Shown piece by piece: positions 13,501-41,181 of a stretch of 64,000 nt of DNA (within the stretch, counting starts at the first letter, position 1; each line of letters opens with the position of its first letter). Both the position numbers and the translations under genes were made by a program. The notes beneath the pieces were generated by a model. The model did not search any database and was not told where the DNA came from. It was given only the letters and a program-made list of their open reading frames with translations. Source of the stretch: Paraspadella gotoi (taxonomy: Eukaryota; Animalia; Chaetognatha); contig CM119268.1 in assembly GCA_051294375.1 (NCBI GenBank), forward strand, positions 4,859,878 through 4,923,877, written 5' to 3'.

Positions 13501-13909
13501 GAACGATTTTGAACGAGGCTGTCAGATAAGTTTGCATTATCTAAATGCTAATGTTTAAACTAGTCTTGCAGTGGCACGACAGTTTTCTGCAATGTCGCCT
13601 ACACCTTCTTCCTTCATGTAAAAAGTGACATGATAGACGTTGTCTTCGCATAATATAACCCGATGACTGGATAGCTGATCAAGATAAGTATTAATATTCT
13701 TCGTAACCCCTTCTCACTTCTCCCTTTTCTCCTCACATGGTTTCGTCGTGCTCCAGCTCGAGCTTCGTCGGCGGCAGCAGCAGCCGCCACAGCAGCGGCT
13801 TCGTGACGAGGTTGTGCAGCGTCGTGAGGATGATGACGAGCAGCGTGAAGAAGAGAACTTTGGCCCCGAAGGGACCCAAGTAGCATTGGCAGCCTTTGGG
13901 CATACCCAT
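10526..13909 (-). CDS. DUF1647-like type II membrane protein (putative GT-A-type glycosyltransferase); partial, with indel errors in the 3' exons
   Basis: Exons: 13909-13737 (MGMPKGCQCYLGPFGAKVLFFTLLVIILTTLHNL..., N-terminal TM, gccATGG context); 13300-13102 (VVVTAASSMFYPQL...VVYDLGLHPPQ); 12801-12649 (PFPFARYS...AAFKPLVIAAALE); ~11964-11861 (VLYLDAGVEL); ~11180-11066; probable 10637-10526. The motif order VTAASS / YDLGL / KPLxI / LDAG resembles DUF1647 (PF07801) as I recall it. Phases are consistent across exons 1-3. The 3' end is unresolved. Confidence 0.7.
13335..13400 (+). mobile_element. tRNA-derived SINE-like head in DUF1647 intron 1 (duplicate at ~2690-2757)
   Basis: A-box-like TGGCTGAGTGG (13342) and B-box GGTTCGATTCC (13385) at tRNA spacing, but no acceptor stem. 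Confidence 0.45.
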
Positions 13910-16178
13910 GGCTGGAAGCAGGAGGGAAAAGGGTGGCGCGAGAGAGTGAAAAGGGGTTTTTGACAGGGCCCAATGTTCACTCGGAAATGCTCGTCATCTT
14001 TAGCGCCTTCTGCTCGCGGATGTTGCTCGTTCCTTCGCGCTACATTCAGTTCAAATCGAATGAGAACGATTCGATATTTGATTCCATCGTTTGGTCGCAA
14101 AGTTGCAAAACTTTTTTTTTTTTAATGTTCGTATTATTTGCGCAAGAGATAATATATCTGCAAATGGAAGGCGTTCTATGAAAAGGTTGACCCAGGATGA
14201 GGAACAAAACGGATTTTGAAAAAAATAACCTTCTACCCTTTTTTTTACGAAAATGAGATGAAAAAGTAGTTTCACCGAATCCAGAAAAAACTACTACAAT
14301 AAAAATGTTTTGTTTTTTTTTGTTTTAGAAAAAGGAGACAGAGCGGTATTTTGTTACTGATAACAAATGTTGTGCGTTTTAAAACCGTGCCCGCTGTATA
14401 ACATTTACAGATAGAAAGTACAAAGATATGTAGCGATAAGATAAAAAAAACCAAAAAAATAACCGTTGAAAATTGGAATGTGTTCAGTAGATGAGAGAAC
14501 TTGGGAGTAGAAAAATAGATATTTTAATTAACTTCATTCGTATAGATTTGTTGAGAACTTTAAGAAGACAATTTCGTTTCGTATTTTTTTTTTTCTAACG
14601 GTTCCTTATTTGAGGTTAACACATTAAAAATATGTTTTGTTAATATCAATAACCAAAAATATATATATTTTAGTAAACAAAAATTGAGACAAAAATGAGG
14701 AAAAACTAAAATCACAGAATCATGATAACCCAACTTGTTTAAGGAACCTCCTGCCTCATTTTCGCCGGGTAAAGATTTAAGGCAAAATTATTGTGTTCAT
14801 AAACATTTCAAACAATATTCGAAAATGTAGACAGATATTCCGTAAAGAAGCGCTGAAACATAATGACTTGTAAATCAGGGAAATTTTAAAATGAAAAAAA
14901 AACCAAAGGCAGGAAATACTGATGAATTATTGCATCTCGATATCGTAATTAATACTGAGAAACAAATAGAGCGATTTTCGATAATCGTAATAATAGTAAA
15001 AATATTAATAATGACTCGAAATCACAACATCTAGCTGTAAATAGGTAGATGATTTCATAAAAAAAAAATTTTATGAAAAAGTATTTACACGCGTTCACCG
15101 TCACCAACGATAAGACATAAAAAAAATACTTGATTGTAAAAATTGTATATAAAAAAGGCTCGCCGTTTAATTCCACTCAAATATCATTATTTATACATAC
15201 GAACGCTTGTTTGTACGAAATTTTTTGACCTAAGAAGTATCGTGGAATCAACCGTAGAGCTCCGATCCGATTTAAAAATAAAATGCTGACAGTAATATAA
15301 TTTAATAGTCGCAATAGTTTCGAATCACTGCAACGTGTTGTCAAAACTATCGAAGGTTGTAGAAAAATATTTTTTTTTTTCCAAAGAGAAAAAAGTATGA
15401 AAATGGAGATAAGGGCGGCGGTTGGGGGAGGGGGGGGAGAAAGAATTTCTTGACCTCAGTTTATCAAAGTCAAGGATACATTTCATGTTTTCGAAAATGA
15501 CCGCACCAAAAAGTTTGATCGTCGACATGTTTTGGGCTTGGAGCTTTTATTTCTCTAGATTTTAATATTTAATTAAATAATAATTTCGCTAAACTCGGGA
15601 TGATGGGCCGATGCCTCGACTGCTATTCAAACGAGGTATTCCTCACCAAAAGAATGTGGGGTAAAAGCGATGCTTGGGGGGGGGGAAGGGTAAGCAATGC
15701 TTAAAGGAAAGAAGCAAGCAATACATGTGGCATGATTTCTCATTCTCGTCGTCTACAACCGAATACGAACGTCGTCTCTTATCGATTTGTTTTATCTTTT
15801 GAGAAGGACAATATTGATAATATTATTTTCTTTGTACTAAATTATCTTCAAGATTTGGTCTAATCAGTATTAAAGGTGTTTCACTCTTTCGCAAAGTCTG
15901 GATAAGTCTAACCCTTACAAAAATTTACATATTTTTCTCCGAGAATTACAACTTTGTAACACTTAATTAAGCAATAAACAAATCTTATTTTTTCAAAGCA
16001 ACTTTTATAAATATGTAAAAACTACCAGAAAGAGGGAAACTCGACCAAGCTTTCAAAATACTAATCCGTAAACCAATAAGTTAAATCAGTCGGTTAATCC
16101 GTCTGTCGATCAACTAATGAGTCGGTGCAATCAATCTGTCAATCGGTTAGTCAATCAGTTATTAAATCAGCCAATCAA

Positions 16179-19179
<3,001 letters not shown>

Positions 19180-20335
19180 GATTCCTGGTTGTTGTTGTAG
19201 TTTTGTGAGCGGATTGAGTTTTTTTTTTTTATTTAGAATATTGTGGCAGGAGATATGATAATTTTTTTTTGTTATTTTCTTTTTTCTTTCGTCCCCGTCG
19301 CGTGAAAGGGGATATATCACAGTTGAGCGCGTATCAAGTAAAAAATGAGTTTTTCCATGGAATCGAACTGAAACGCTTTATGGTTACACTCGTGTTCCAT
19401 TGTTTAATTAAATTTCATCTAGTTTTTCATAACGCATTGGTGAGGATGGTTTTATGAGGTTTACTACGTTAAACAAAAAGGAAAGAAAATTGTAAAATTT
19501 TAATTTAAATTTAACGCTTTTAAGCACAACTACAGCATCGATCAGTATCAATGACATTTGTCATTTTAAGATTGATGAGAGTCTTTTTTTCAGCAATCAT
19601 GATCTGAAATGGAAAGTAAAAAAAGTAGTAAAAAAGTAACAATGGCTAATAAACCAGTTCCAAAAGCAAGGAGCAAAAAATAAAAGATTGAGCTTTAACA
19701 GAACCATGCAAAAATTGCAGGATGTCAACATATACGAGACAAAGATTTTAAAAGTGTCAATATAAATATTTTTATCGTATTTGCAGGATAAATACTACTT
19801 GATAATGAGAATCACAGTATGTAGTATAGAAAACTGGTAACCATTTTGTTTATAAAAAGCTAGTTGCTCTTTTAGTTAGCAAACCAGTTTATAAGAACCT
19901 TCACCCAAGTTAACAGACTGTAAAGTAGAGCGTCATATGAGAAATTTTATTTACTTTTTTTTAAAACAAATCAGCCGTTAAATAATTTCCTTATAATTAG
20001 CGACATTTCAAGTATTTTTATATTATTTTACAATTAGGAATGTGAGAAGTAATTCTGACCAACACCCGTAAATGTAAATGTGTAAATTGTAACTTTGTAA
20101 GCCAAACGCTTCAGTAAATTGACGAAAGAAAAGGAAAAAAAGTCAGTAGTTCTAATTTTGAAGCTCACGATTCACCAAATTCGGTATCAAAAGCTTTACA
20201 TATCACATGCGTTAATTTTTTTTTGTTATCACGAGCAAAACGTTTTAATTAATGCCGGATCGCGTTTTTAATTCTTTTTCCTGGATAAGTTTATCCGACA
20301 TGCATACATCCGGCAACGCGCTCACCATTCCTTGG

Positions 20336-23931
<3,596 letters not shown>

Positions 23932-24987
23932 TGTTGGTGGTTGTCGTCAGCAGTTGCTATTGCTGTAGTTGTGTCGTTGATTGAAGCGCATTTTTTTTGA
24001 AAGTCGGTCGGTTTAAGAGTTAAGCGGGGAAAAAAGACGTGTACATTGTTGGCCCCTTTATTGTTTTTTTTTTTTTTTTTTTTTTTTACTTTTTTTATAT
24101 TTTCTTGTTCTATTTTGATTTTGATGTTAAAGTGGCTGGTGTTGACAATCGATGTCGAAGACGCTACCACGTCTCTTCCGATCCCGCCGTTGGACCGGTT
24201 TGCTGTAGCGGCGTTTTGATGGAGTTGACGCTTGCTGTTGTGTTTGACGCCGACTAAACATCGTCGGCGGAAAAGAAAACAGAATCTTCTACATTTTTTT
24301 CTTAGTTCCTCCTTCGTCTCGCGTCGCAACACCTAAAATTAAAACGAATTGTGTTACGAAAGTGCGTTCTAATTCGTACAACGATTTGTAAATAAATAGA
24401 TATGATACTTGTTAGTTCGTGTTTGACCGGAATTACGAAATGCAACTTGCAAGAAAAAAAAATGTTTGAAATTATTCAAACCGACGTGGTCCTGATTTTT
24501 TTTTCGGGTTTTTCCCGCATCGTGAGTCGACAACGAAAATTAGAACGAAACTCGTTTGGGAAATTTCTTTCTTTTTATTTGCTTTCTTTTTTTTTTTTTT
24601 TTTTTTTAGAAGATTTGATGAAAATGGTTGGCTGGAGAGCGAGTTAATTTGGCAAGTACATATATTGTAACTAATAAAGTATGAACGCTTTAAAAAAATT
24701 GTTCAACTTCGAATGGTACATAAGATTAGCGAGGAAATGAGAAAAAAAAAGCGTTTTGATGTTTTATTGCTAATTGGTGTAGACAGCTCAAAACAGATAT
24801 AGTTTTGATAGCTATTTCATTTTTTTAAAAACACAGCTTCAATTCATAAGTTAGGAAATAAAAATTGCAATCATCACGTTCGTGTTAATGACGAAGGTAA
24901 TAGGAATTTTTGATTGGTTTTTTTTTTTTTTTAATTATTTTTTCTTCCTCAAGAATCGAAAATCAGAAAACAGGATTCTTGCTCTTC

Positions 24988-25051
<64 letters not shown>

Positions 25052-25421
25052 CGAAAGAGGGCCGGAGTCTCTTGCAGTCAACTTTAAGTAGCCGAAAAAC
25101 AAAAGATCATCTATTCGTTTTCTAAAATAAATGATTGATTGAGTGACTTACTGAGTTGGGGAATCAGTAAACAATTTTGGATTAATTATAAATAGGTTGG
25201 CGAATTATATTCTTTATTGCTTGTTTGTTTAATCGGAATTTTTATAAATTCTTTTTACAAGAACTACTTTTTACAACAACTATGCTTCTCTTATTATGCT
25301 TAAGTAGAAAAAAAATTAAAAAGCGTATATTCAAGATACCAGACTTTAGTATTTAATCTTAGTAATCCGAATAAGTTAGTCAAAAAATAATACATTCACA
25401 ATCTAACGGAATTTACAACAT

Positions 25422-33050
<7,629 letters not shown>

Positions 33051-33434
33051 GATGGAGGGTGGGTCGTTAAGTGCGCTCTTCGAAAGGTAAGGGAGAAATG
33101 TGGTTCTATGGGTGAGGTTGGCGAAGGTAGGGTCGATGCTGCGGAGATGTAAGGGCTCTTCGCGTCGAAGCAAATGAATCGCTATGTAAAGATTCGAGGC
33201 GGAAGTACTATTCCAATTTAAAACGCGGCGTTGAAAGTCAAGAAAGTAAAACGTGATATTCTCGGGGAAGAGTTTTTATTTTAATTTTTGATTTTTTGGA
33301 TTAATTCCCGTCTCATTTTCTCGTTTTTTCTCTTTTTTGTCTTTTATATTTTATTCAAAAAGCAAGAAACTATTTTTTAATTCATCGCGGCCAAGAAACT
33401 TGTTCCAGTACGTGAGAAAAAAATATGACGCTCT

Positions 33435-33574
<140 letters not shown>

Positions 33575-33907
33575 TTCAATTTTTACAACTGAAAACTGGT
33601 TTTAAAAAAATATTCCCAGGATAATTAATTCTGTAAGATCTATTCTGATGATTCTAAGAAATAACTTTCATAAGGATTAATTAGAATCCAAAAACACTTA
33701 CTTCTTTGACTTACTTAGCTCGTTAATTAAAAAAAAACTTTTTTCTCCATTTTTAAAATATTAATTTAAGCGCAGGTCTGTGCTCATCCTTTTAAGCCAT
33801 AATTTGATTTTTCTCCAATTATCGTCGCGAAATTCAAGAATCAATTTCTGTATGAAACGGACCCGTCGTAAAACCAATCATATCAGTTATACATGTAAAG
33901 ATTTTTT

Positions 33908-34192
33908 GGCCCAATTTCCCTAACGCGCCTCGTTTCATCTTAAATAAGGAATTAAATAATATTTTTTGGTTTATAGATTAGTTTAAAGGTTAAAATTAGG
34001 GATTAGGTGAGTGTTAAGGATTAGTGATTTAGGTTAAGGTTAAGGAACGGTTTATGTATAGAGATTAACGATTATGATCAATGGTTTCGCATAAGGCATT
34101 AGGGTTAGAGATCAGGGTTAGAGTTAAATAAAGGTTAAAATTAGGTTCAAGGATTAAGAACCAGAAAGGGGGCTCTTTTGGAAATGAGAGCC
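33908..34192 (-). mobile_element. MITE-like element (same family as 31839-32143, opposite orientation); partial copy at 59123-~59340
   Basis: GGCCCAATTTCCCTAACGCGCCTCGTTTCATCTTAAAT ... GGGGGCTCTTTTGGAAATGAGAGCC with a TTAGGG/TTAAGG-rich interior. Confidence 0.6.
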
Positions 34193-35412
34193 AATTTTTA
34201 TAACTTTTAAAGTAAGGAGTTAATGATTTAAAAACAACTTTCAAATATAGAAAACTTGCTGCTAGAATTAAAACTGTTTTTTTTTTTCAGGGATAGACCC
34301 AATCCTAAACCTTGATCGCTGAAGGTAAACCTTTCCATAGACCCTATCTGAAGAACCCGACTATCGTACCTCTCTTTCAAACTTCTCTATATTGAAACTC
34401 GACACAAGGCAAAGACTGAAAGAGTCTTTCTCAATCGACTCATTGTTCTTTTATCTTCAACTTTTGTAGTTGCTATCTCCTCCGCCGTAGCGACGCACAT
34501 TTTCCTTTATATTCTCAGAAAAAAAGAAACAAAGGGCAAGCGACGTGATGGGTGATTTCATGGAAAAATTAATGCTTGGCTGATACAACAAAATAATCGT
34601 AATAGAGTTGGTGAGGCAGATCATTGAGGTCATATCCAGTGACGTCGCTCGGATAATTAGGAGTACGCAAAATGACCACGTTATTACGCTGAAGCGCTTG
34701 CAATTAAAACTATTTTAACGGGTTAAAATGGAAAGAAAATTGAATTTTAAAAAATCATTAAAAAAATACCTAAGAGAGGAATAAAAACTATCTTAAATGC
34801 TTTTGATTATTAATTATTAAAAAGTCTCGGCCACTGGCTTTTAAGCTTCTCGACATAGACACTCAAAACTGTTGACAAAGTAACAAAAACTCAGTTTATG
34901 ATCTCAGACTCTATCGTACCTCAAACGCATAAATAAGGAGACGAAATCGTTTTCGCGGAAACAAAACAACAATTGGAGAGGAAACGTAAAATTTATTACA
35001 TTATTTACTACAAGGTAAGACTAAGATTAATTAATTAAATTAAAATAAATTAATTGTCATTCGGGTTTGTTGGGGAGGCTGAAAAACTCACGTCGTCGCA
35101 AATTATCAACTGAAATGAATCAGTATTACGTGAAGGATTCTCTTTCTGCATTTACTTTCTGGTCATGTGATTTTCCGGCTATTTGAATAAACTCAAACGT
35201 ATGCACGTGATGCTTTCTTACTCTCAAAAATTGTCTTAAGTGATGCAGTATCTACAATATAGTAGTATGACAGATCGACGGACGGACAGACCGACAGTAG
35301 GAAAAATAAGTTGCTAAAAATTGAAATTAAATTAAAAACAAAAATAACTAAAGATTAAAGAATATATGTTTTGATATTAACTGAAAATAATTCTCTTCCT
35401 CCGCCGCACAAG

Positions 35413-37099
35413 ATGTCTCCCTTTTCCGCTTCCGCCGCAGCCGCCGCGGCAGTCGCCGCTTTCGTCCTGGCGCTGGCGGCGACGCTGCCGCCCGCTGCCG
35501 ACGCCCACGGAAGACTCATCGATCCCGCGAGTCGAGGATCCGCCTTTAGATTTGGTTTCGACAATCCTGCGGTCAGAACCTGTCGTTGTCGTTGCTGGAG
35601 TGGTCGTTGTCGTTGCTGGAGTGGTCGTTGTCGTCGTCGTCGTCATCTTTGTCGTCGTCTTACTCGTCGTCGTCGTTGTCGTCGTCATCTTTGTCGTCTT
35701 CGTCATCGTCATATACGTCGTATTCGTCGTTCGCCATTTCAACTAAAAAATATTATTGTTGTTGTTGTTTGGGTTATTGTTGTTGTTGTTGTCAGGACTG
35801 GAACGACAACGCTGGCGTCTGCGGCGGTCACTCCAATCAAAAGAATCACGATGGGAAGTGTGGCATGTGCGGCGACCCTGTGCAGGTCGGGGAAAATAGT
35901 TAAATGGAGCAGTATTATTATTTTAGACTTTTAATTCGATATTGATATTATCATTTCTAGGGACCCCTTGCTCACGAAGCGGGAGGAAAATACGCCAACG
36001 GAATCATAACCAAATCCTATCGCAAAGGACAGGTAATGAATAAAAGAATATTTCAGTATCTACTCTATACATGGAGATTAATGATTAAATAAATAAATAA
36101 CAAATTAAATTGATTAATTCATAAATAATTAAGTCGAAATAAATATATGATTAGCTGGACAAAAATATGAAGAAAAAAATTACTCTCTTAGTTTTTTAAT
36201 ACAAGGTCGCAAACAGGTTTTTGACATTTACTGTTGGCGTTATCAGTTACTACTCTTGACGACTATCGTTAACCGCAGGGTTATATTAATAAAATACAAT
36301 TTTGCACTCTTTTATTATTATATACATATATGCTTATAATCCGCTTGACGATTTCACGACTTCGACCTTCACACCAACCATTCACAGCAAATCACGGTGA
36401 CCGTCGATCTCACGGCCAATCACGGAGGATGGTTCGAGTTTCAGATCTGCGGCCCAATGAAGGACAAGCTCACTAAGGTGAGGAAAAATTAGTAAACTTA
36501 CTCCGGCTTAAATAAGATATCAAGCAAACTTAGGTGTTCGTTTATTGGAGAGCGAAAAAAAAAAGCTCACTAAGGTGTAAAAAGAACAAGCTACTCGAGG
36601 TGTGAGATTATATTAGAGATTATATTATATTATATTATATGAGGCTCACTAAGGTGTAAAGAACAAAATATTAGTGCGTTTTATACCACAACATCGCTAT
36701 ACCAACAGATCACAGACGATTGCTTGACCAAGATGGATATTCTCGCTGTTGATGGAGAAAAGCTGGAGAAGCCGACGACTAGATACACGATGCCGTGTAA
36801 GTTAAGCCCGCATTCTTTTTTTCATGTTAGAAGGGGATTGTTGTGGGCGATGCCGGCTTATAACCATATAACCATTTAACTTACCTTTTTTTGTTGACGT
36901 TTATATTCATTAATTACCTAATTTTATTTAACATTTAATAATATTTTAATCTCACAGTGAAACGAAAAGGAAAGTGGAACTTTTCCGTTCAACTTCCCGA
37001 TTCCTTGACTTGCGATCACTGTGTAATGCGGTGGTTCTGGTATCCATCTAAGGTCAGAGAGAGAGAGAGAGAGANNNNNNNNNNNNNNNNNNNNNNNNN

Positions 37100-37168
<69 letters not shown>

Positions 37169-37519
37169 GAGTGGGGGAAGTTGGAGAAAGAGAAGGGAGG
37201 CGTAGAGAAAAGAAATAAAACCAAAGGAGGAAGGGAAGGAAAGGAAAGGAAAGGAAAGGAAAGGAAAGGAAAGGAAAGGAAAGGAAAGGAAAGGAAAGGA
37301 AAGGAAAGGAAAGGAAAGGAAAGGAAAGAAAGGAAAAGGAAAGGAATGGAAGGAAAGGAAAGGAAAGGAAAAGAAGAAGTGGAAAAGAGAAGAGGTCACG
37401 TGATATGATAAACCCGCAATCTATTTTTAGGATTGGGGTTGCGACCCGGACGGGACTGCGGCACGGGACACGGTCCTCAAGAGAAGCACATCCACTGCGC
37501 CGACATTTCCATTCGCTGA
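35413..37519 (+). CDS. Secreted AA15-type lytic polysaccharide monooxygenase (chitin-binding type-4 domain), ~227 aa, 7 exons
   Basis: Exons 35413-35571, 35796-35885, 35961-36032, 36388-36477, 36709-36796, 36958-37052, 37431-37519 (this copy of the last exon lacks 1 nt; an in-frame copy is at 48852-48941). Ala-rich signal peptide ending ADA|HGRLIDPASR (His1), then CGG, GKCGMCGDP, HEAGGKY, LTANHGGWFEF (second His), LTCDHCVMRW and GPQE...CADI. Confidence 0.92.
37235..37372. repeat. (GGAAA)n pentanucleotide microsatellite in LPMO intron 6
   Basis: Seen directly. Confidence 0.95.
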
Positions 37520-38171
37520 AGACTTATTACAAACTTAATTTTTATATAAATGAATGATTTTTAGATATTACCAAATGAGAGATAATCTGATGATAAATTG
37601 TCACGTTTTATAAATTATAATAAATGATTATAAAAGTTATAATAACTCTGATTAGTCGGTTATACAACTATAATAATTACTTATTATTATATCATTACAT
37701 TACACTAGCATTACACTTTTTGTTGTACCAATTATATCCTAATAAAACGAATAATTCACAGATTTATAATGTTTCTTGATAAAGAGACTGATAGAGTAGT
37801 GATACATCTAGGGATAATTTACTATCCCTATTTACTCATCAATGACTAATTAACTATTTTTTACTAATTTCTACTTCTTTACGAATTTATTTTAAATTTC
37901 TTAAGTCGTGAAACAATCGCACTTCGGTCTAAAAACTGTTATATATAGATATATATATAAGATATATAAATAGATATACAGATATATATTAGGAATTATG
38001 TCAGGAATTCTAAAGGCGAAATCATGAAACTTTCATTGAAAGGTTTTATAATAAATTATTTAAACCTTAAACTCAACTTTTTCTGTTGCTATTTTGTTGA
38101 ATGTTTGAGTGTTGACTGTTAAAAGCCGCTGAGATGCGTTGTAGCCCCTCGCCATCTGGTGAGGCAAACGA

Positions 38172-38267
<96 letters not shown>

Positions 38268-39066
38268 TGAACGAGAGAGAGAAAGAGAGAGAGAGAGTGC
38301 GCCGTCAAATTGTCACGTCAACCGGCGTTCTGCGTTTCCAAGCGACGACATGGAACGACCGTCGAAAAGTCTGCAATCCAAAAGCCGAAAATTCGGTGGA
38401 GTGGAGGAGGAGAAAGAAAGGATATGGAAAACTAAAAGAACAGAAAGAGAAAAAACAAAAGGAAAACGAAAGCAAAACAACAAGGGAAAACGAAATCTGC
38501 TGAACATAATTCATAGAGATTCATAATTCATGGAAAAAAGACACACACAGAGAGGGAGAAAGAGAGAGAGGAGAGATGAGAGAGAGGAGAGAGAGAAGAG
38601 AGAGAGAGGAGAGAGAGAGAGAGAGGAGAGAAGAGAGAGAGAGAGAGAGAAGCGAGTGAGGGTGATGGGGAACCGGGTGACAGGAGATTGAGTCGTGATT
38701 GTGGTTGGAAAATGGAATTAGAAATAGAAAATGTCATGAGAAATGGATTTAAGAAATTGATTGAAAAATGGTTCGAAAAATGGTAATACTAAACAATAGT
38801 TTTAAAAGTTTTCCGATGATTTCTTTAGAGGAAATGAGTTTTAAAAAATGATGAGAAATGGATATAAAAAATAGGTTGAAAAATGGATTAAAAAAACTCA
38901 AATTTATGTCGTTTTCCTTTCTTTTACAACCTATTTATTTATTTAAACTTTTTTATTTATATTTTTAGAATTAAAAAAATCAAAATAAACGTGACACTTA
39001 AATATTTTCTCGGAAAGTAAACAAACAAAATTGATGTCAACGGATTCTGTGTTCGCCACACAGCGT

Positions 39067-39136
<70 letters not shown>

Positions 39137-40766
39137 AGAGAAGAGAGAGAGAGAGAGAGATATATGAAAAGCGCACTAAACCGTTCTCTCGATGTCGACT
39201 TTGCTCGGCCCAAAACTAAAGATAAATGAACTAATTCCTGCGGAAGAAAATTATTAAACTTATTAACAACGGACATCTTGATAAATCGTTTGGAATTTTT
39301 CTTTCAAACCGGTTCTCTATAATCTCTTTTTTCTCCAGATCGCTCAGCATCGATTTTTAAGACAGTAACGACCTCATTGGCTCATTGATACTTCAACGAC
39401 GTGAAAAAAAAGGATTGAATTCTAAAGACTTCAGCGATAAAAATCGGATTATCTTACGTTCAAATTTATGACGTATTTAGTACTCTCGCGCGTTTTGTGA
39501 TATCATAACATGCGGGTGGCGGCTCATACAAGGTGACACCGACAACCCGCCGCAAGAAAAAAATCGTCATTTGCAAAACCTGTGAAGATCTTTTTTAAAT
39601 CTGAAAGTTTTTTTCTGTAGCAAAAACCAAAATTCATAATGATTAGTTACTTTTTTTTTATTTAAAGCTGGATAGTACAGTATTTTTAAAGAGCTTTCAG
39701 AAGATATTGATACCTTTTTAGGAAAAACTTTTCTAAGACAATGTTTAAAAGTTAGACAAACAGATTGAAGAAAAAAAAGTTTTAAAATGAAAGTCGATTT
39801 TGAAGGCAAACTTTCTCTCCGCTCATTGCCAAGTCAAATCAAAACCATCGATATAAAATTGGATATATAAATGATTTTGTTTTTACTCAGAAAAATTGTT
39901 CAGCATTAAAAAATCTTTAACAAGTTTGCAAATGACGATCTTTTTTTATAGCGGCGGCGTTGTCCGTGTGTCACCTTGTACGACCCTTTTGGAAGAATCA
40001 CCTCTTCAACAAATTCAAACTTAAGTTTTTTTTAATTTTTAAATGTTTTTTTTTTTCAAAAACACGAACTACGTAGATGTACATCAAAAGATAAACTTGT
40101 TAATATAAAAAAATAAAACGAGAAAATAAGTATTTGTCGCCATTAACGTTATTCTGGGCTTTATGAAAAATCAATAAATAATATCCATTATTCATTGTTC
40201 ATTAAATAAGCTATCTTGACAGACTATGGAGAGGCTTTGCTGAGGGAACATAACAATAACAGTTCAGGACCCAGCAAGCATTTAATCATTAGTGTCTTTT
40301 GTTTTGTTAAATTTTAATACGTAGTTTAAAAAAATAATAATAATCAAGAACTCGCTCCGTCTAGTTTATTCAATCCCAGAACAACTGGCTTCTTAATGGC
40401 GTTTTAATGTATATGTTTCAATTGTATAAGCAATAGTATTAAAAAAAATGAGCATATCATCACAATAACAGGCGAAAAAACACCACAAAGTCTTTGAGGT
40501 CATCATTCAAAGTTTGACTGTGATAACGATTATTCATTGATTTTTTTTTAACTTGAATCTTTTGGCTGCGGAAACCGATGACGACTAAAGAACGATACCT
40601 TTTAACAAATAAATAACATTATAATAATAATAATAACATTATAAACAATGTGATTTAAAAATGGTTATAATCTTGCTGAAAATGTCTTCCGCGTGATTGC
40701 GTGAGTTTGTCTCTGACGCTCCATTGAATTGGTCGCAATTTGTTCACTCACATACTATTCAAATCA

Positions 40767-40848
<82 letters not shown>

Positions 40849-41128
40849 ACTTGACAAAGGTGACAAAATTAAATGAAAATATTAATTATTCGTGAAAAAA
40901 ATTTGCTTTCATTTTAAACAATTTTTTTTCTATCTTAATTCCCTCATCTTTTTACGTTCGATTCTAATTCGATATAAACAAAAATTCTCTCGTCGCCAAA
41001 ACACGAGTCGCTTTTTATTTACTTTTATTCGCGTTTATTTATCGTTCGATCGATTTATGGCCACTTTATTCGGGGGGCGGGGAGGAGGGAGGAGGAGCCG
41101 GAGGGCGATGGGCTATGAGTGAGAGAGA

Positions 41129-41181
<53 letters not shown>

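Noticed and set aside
35572-35795. Arg/Cys-rich or Thr-rich coding extension of LPMO exon 1
   Set aside because: This is a GT-AG intron filled with (GTC/GTT)n. Removing it restores the continuous LPMO motif FDNPA|DWNDN.
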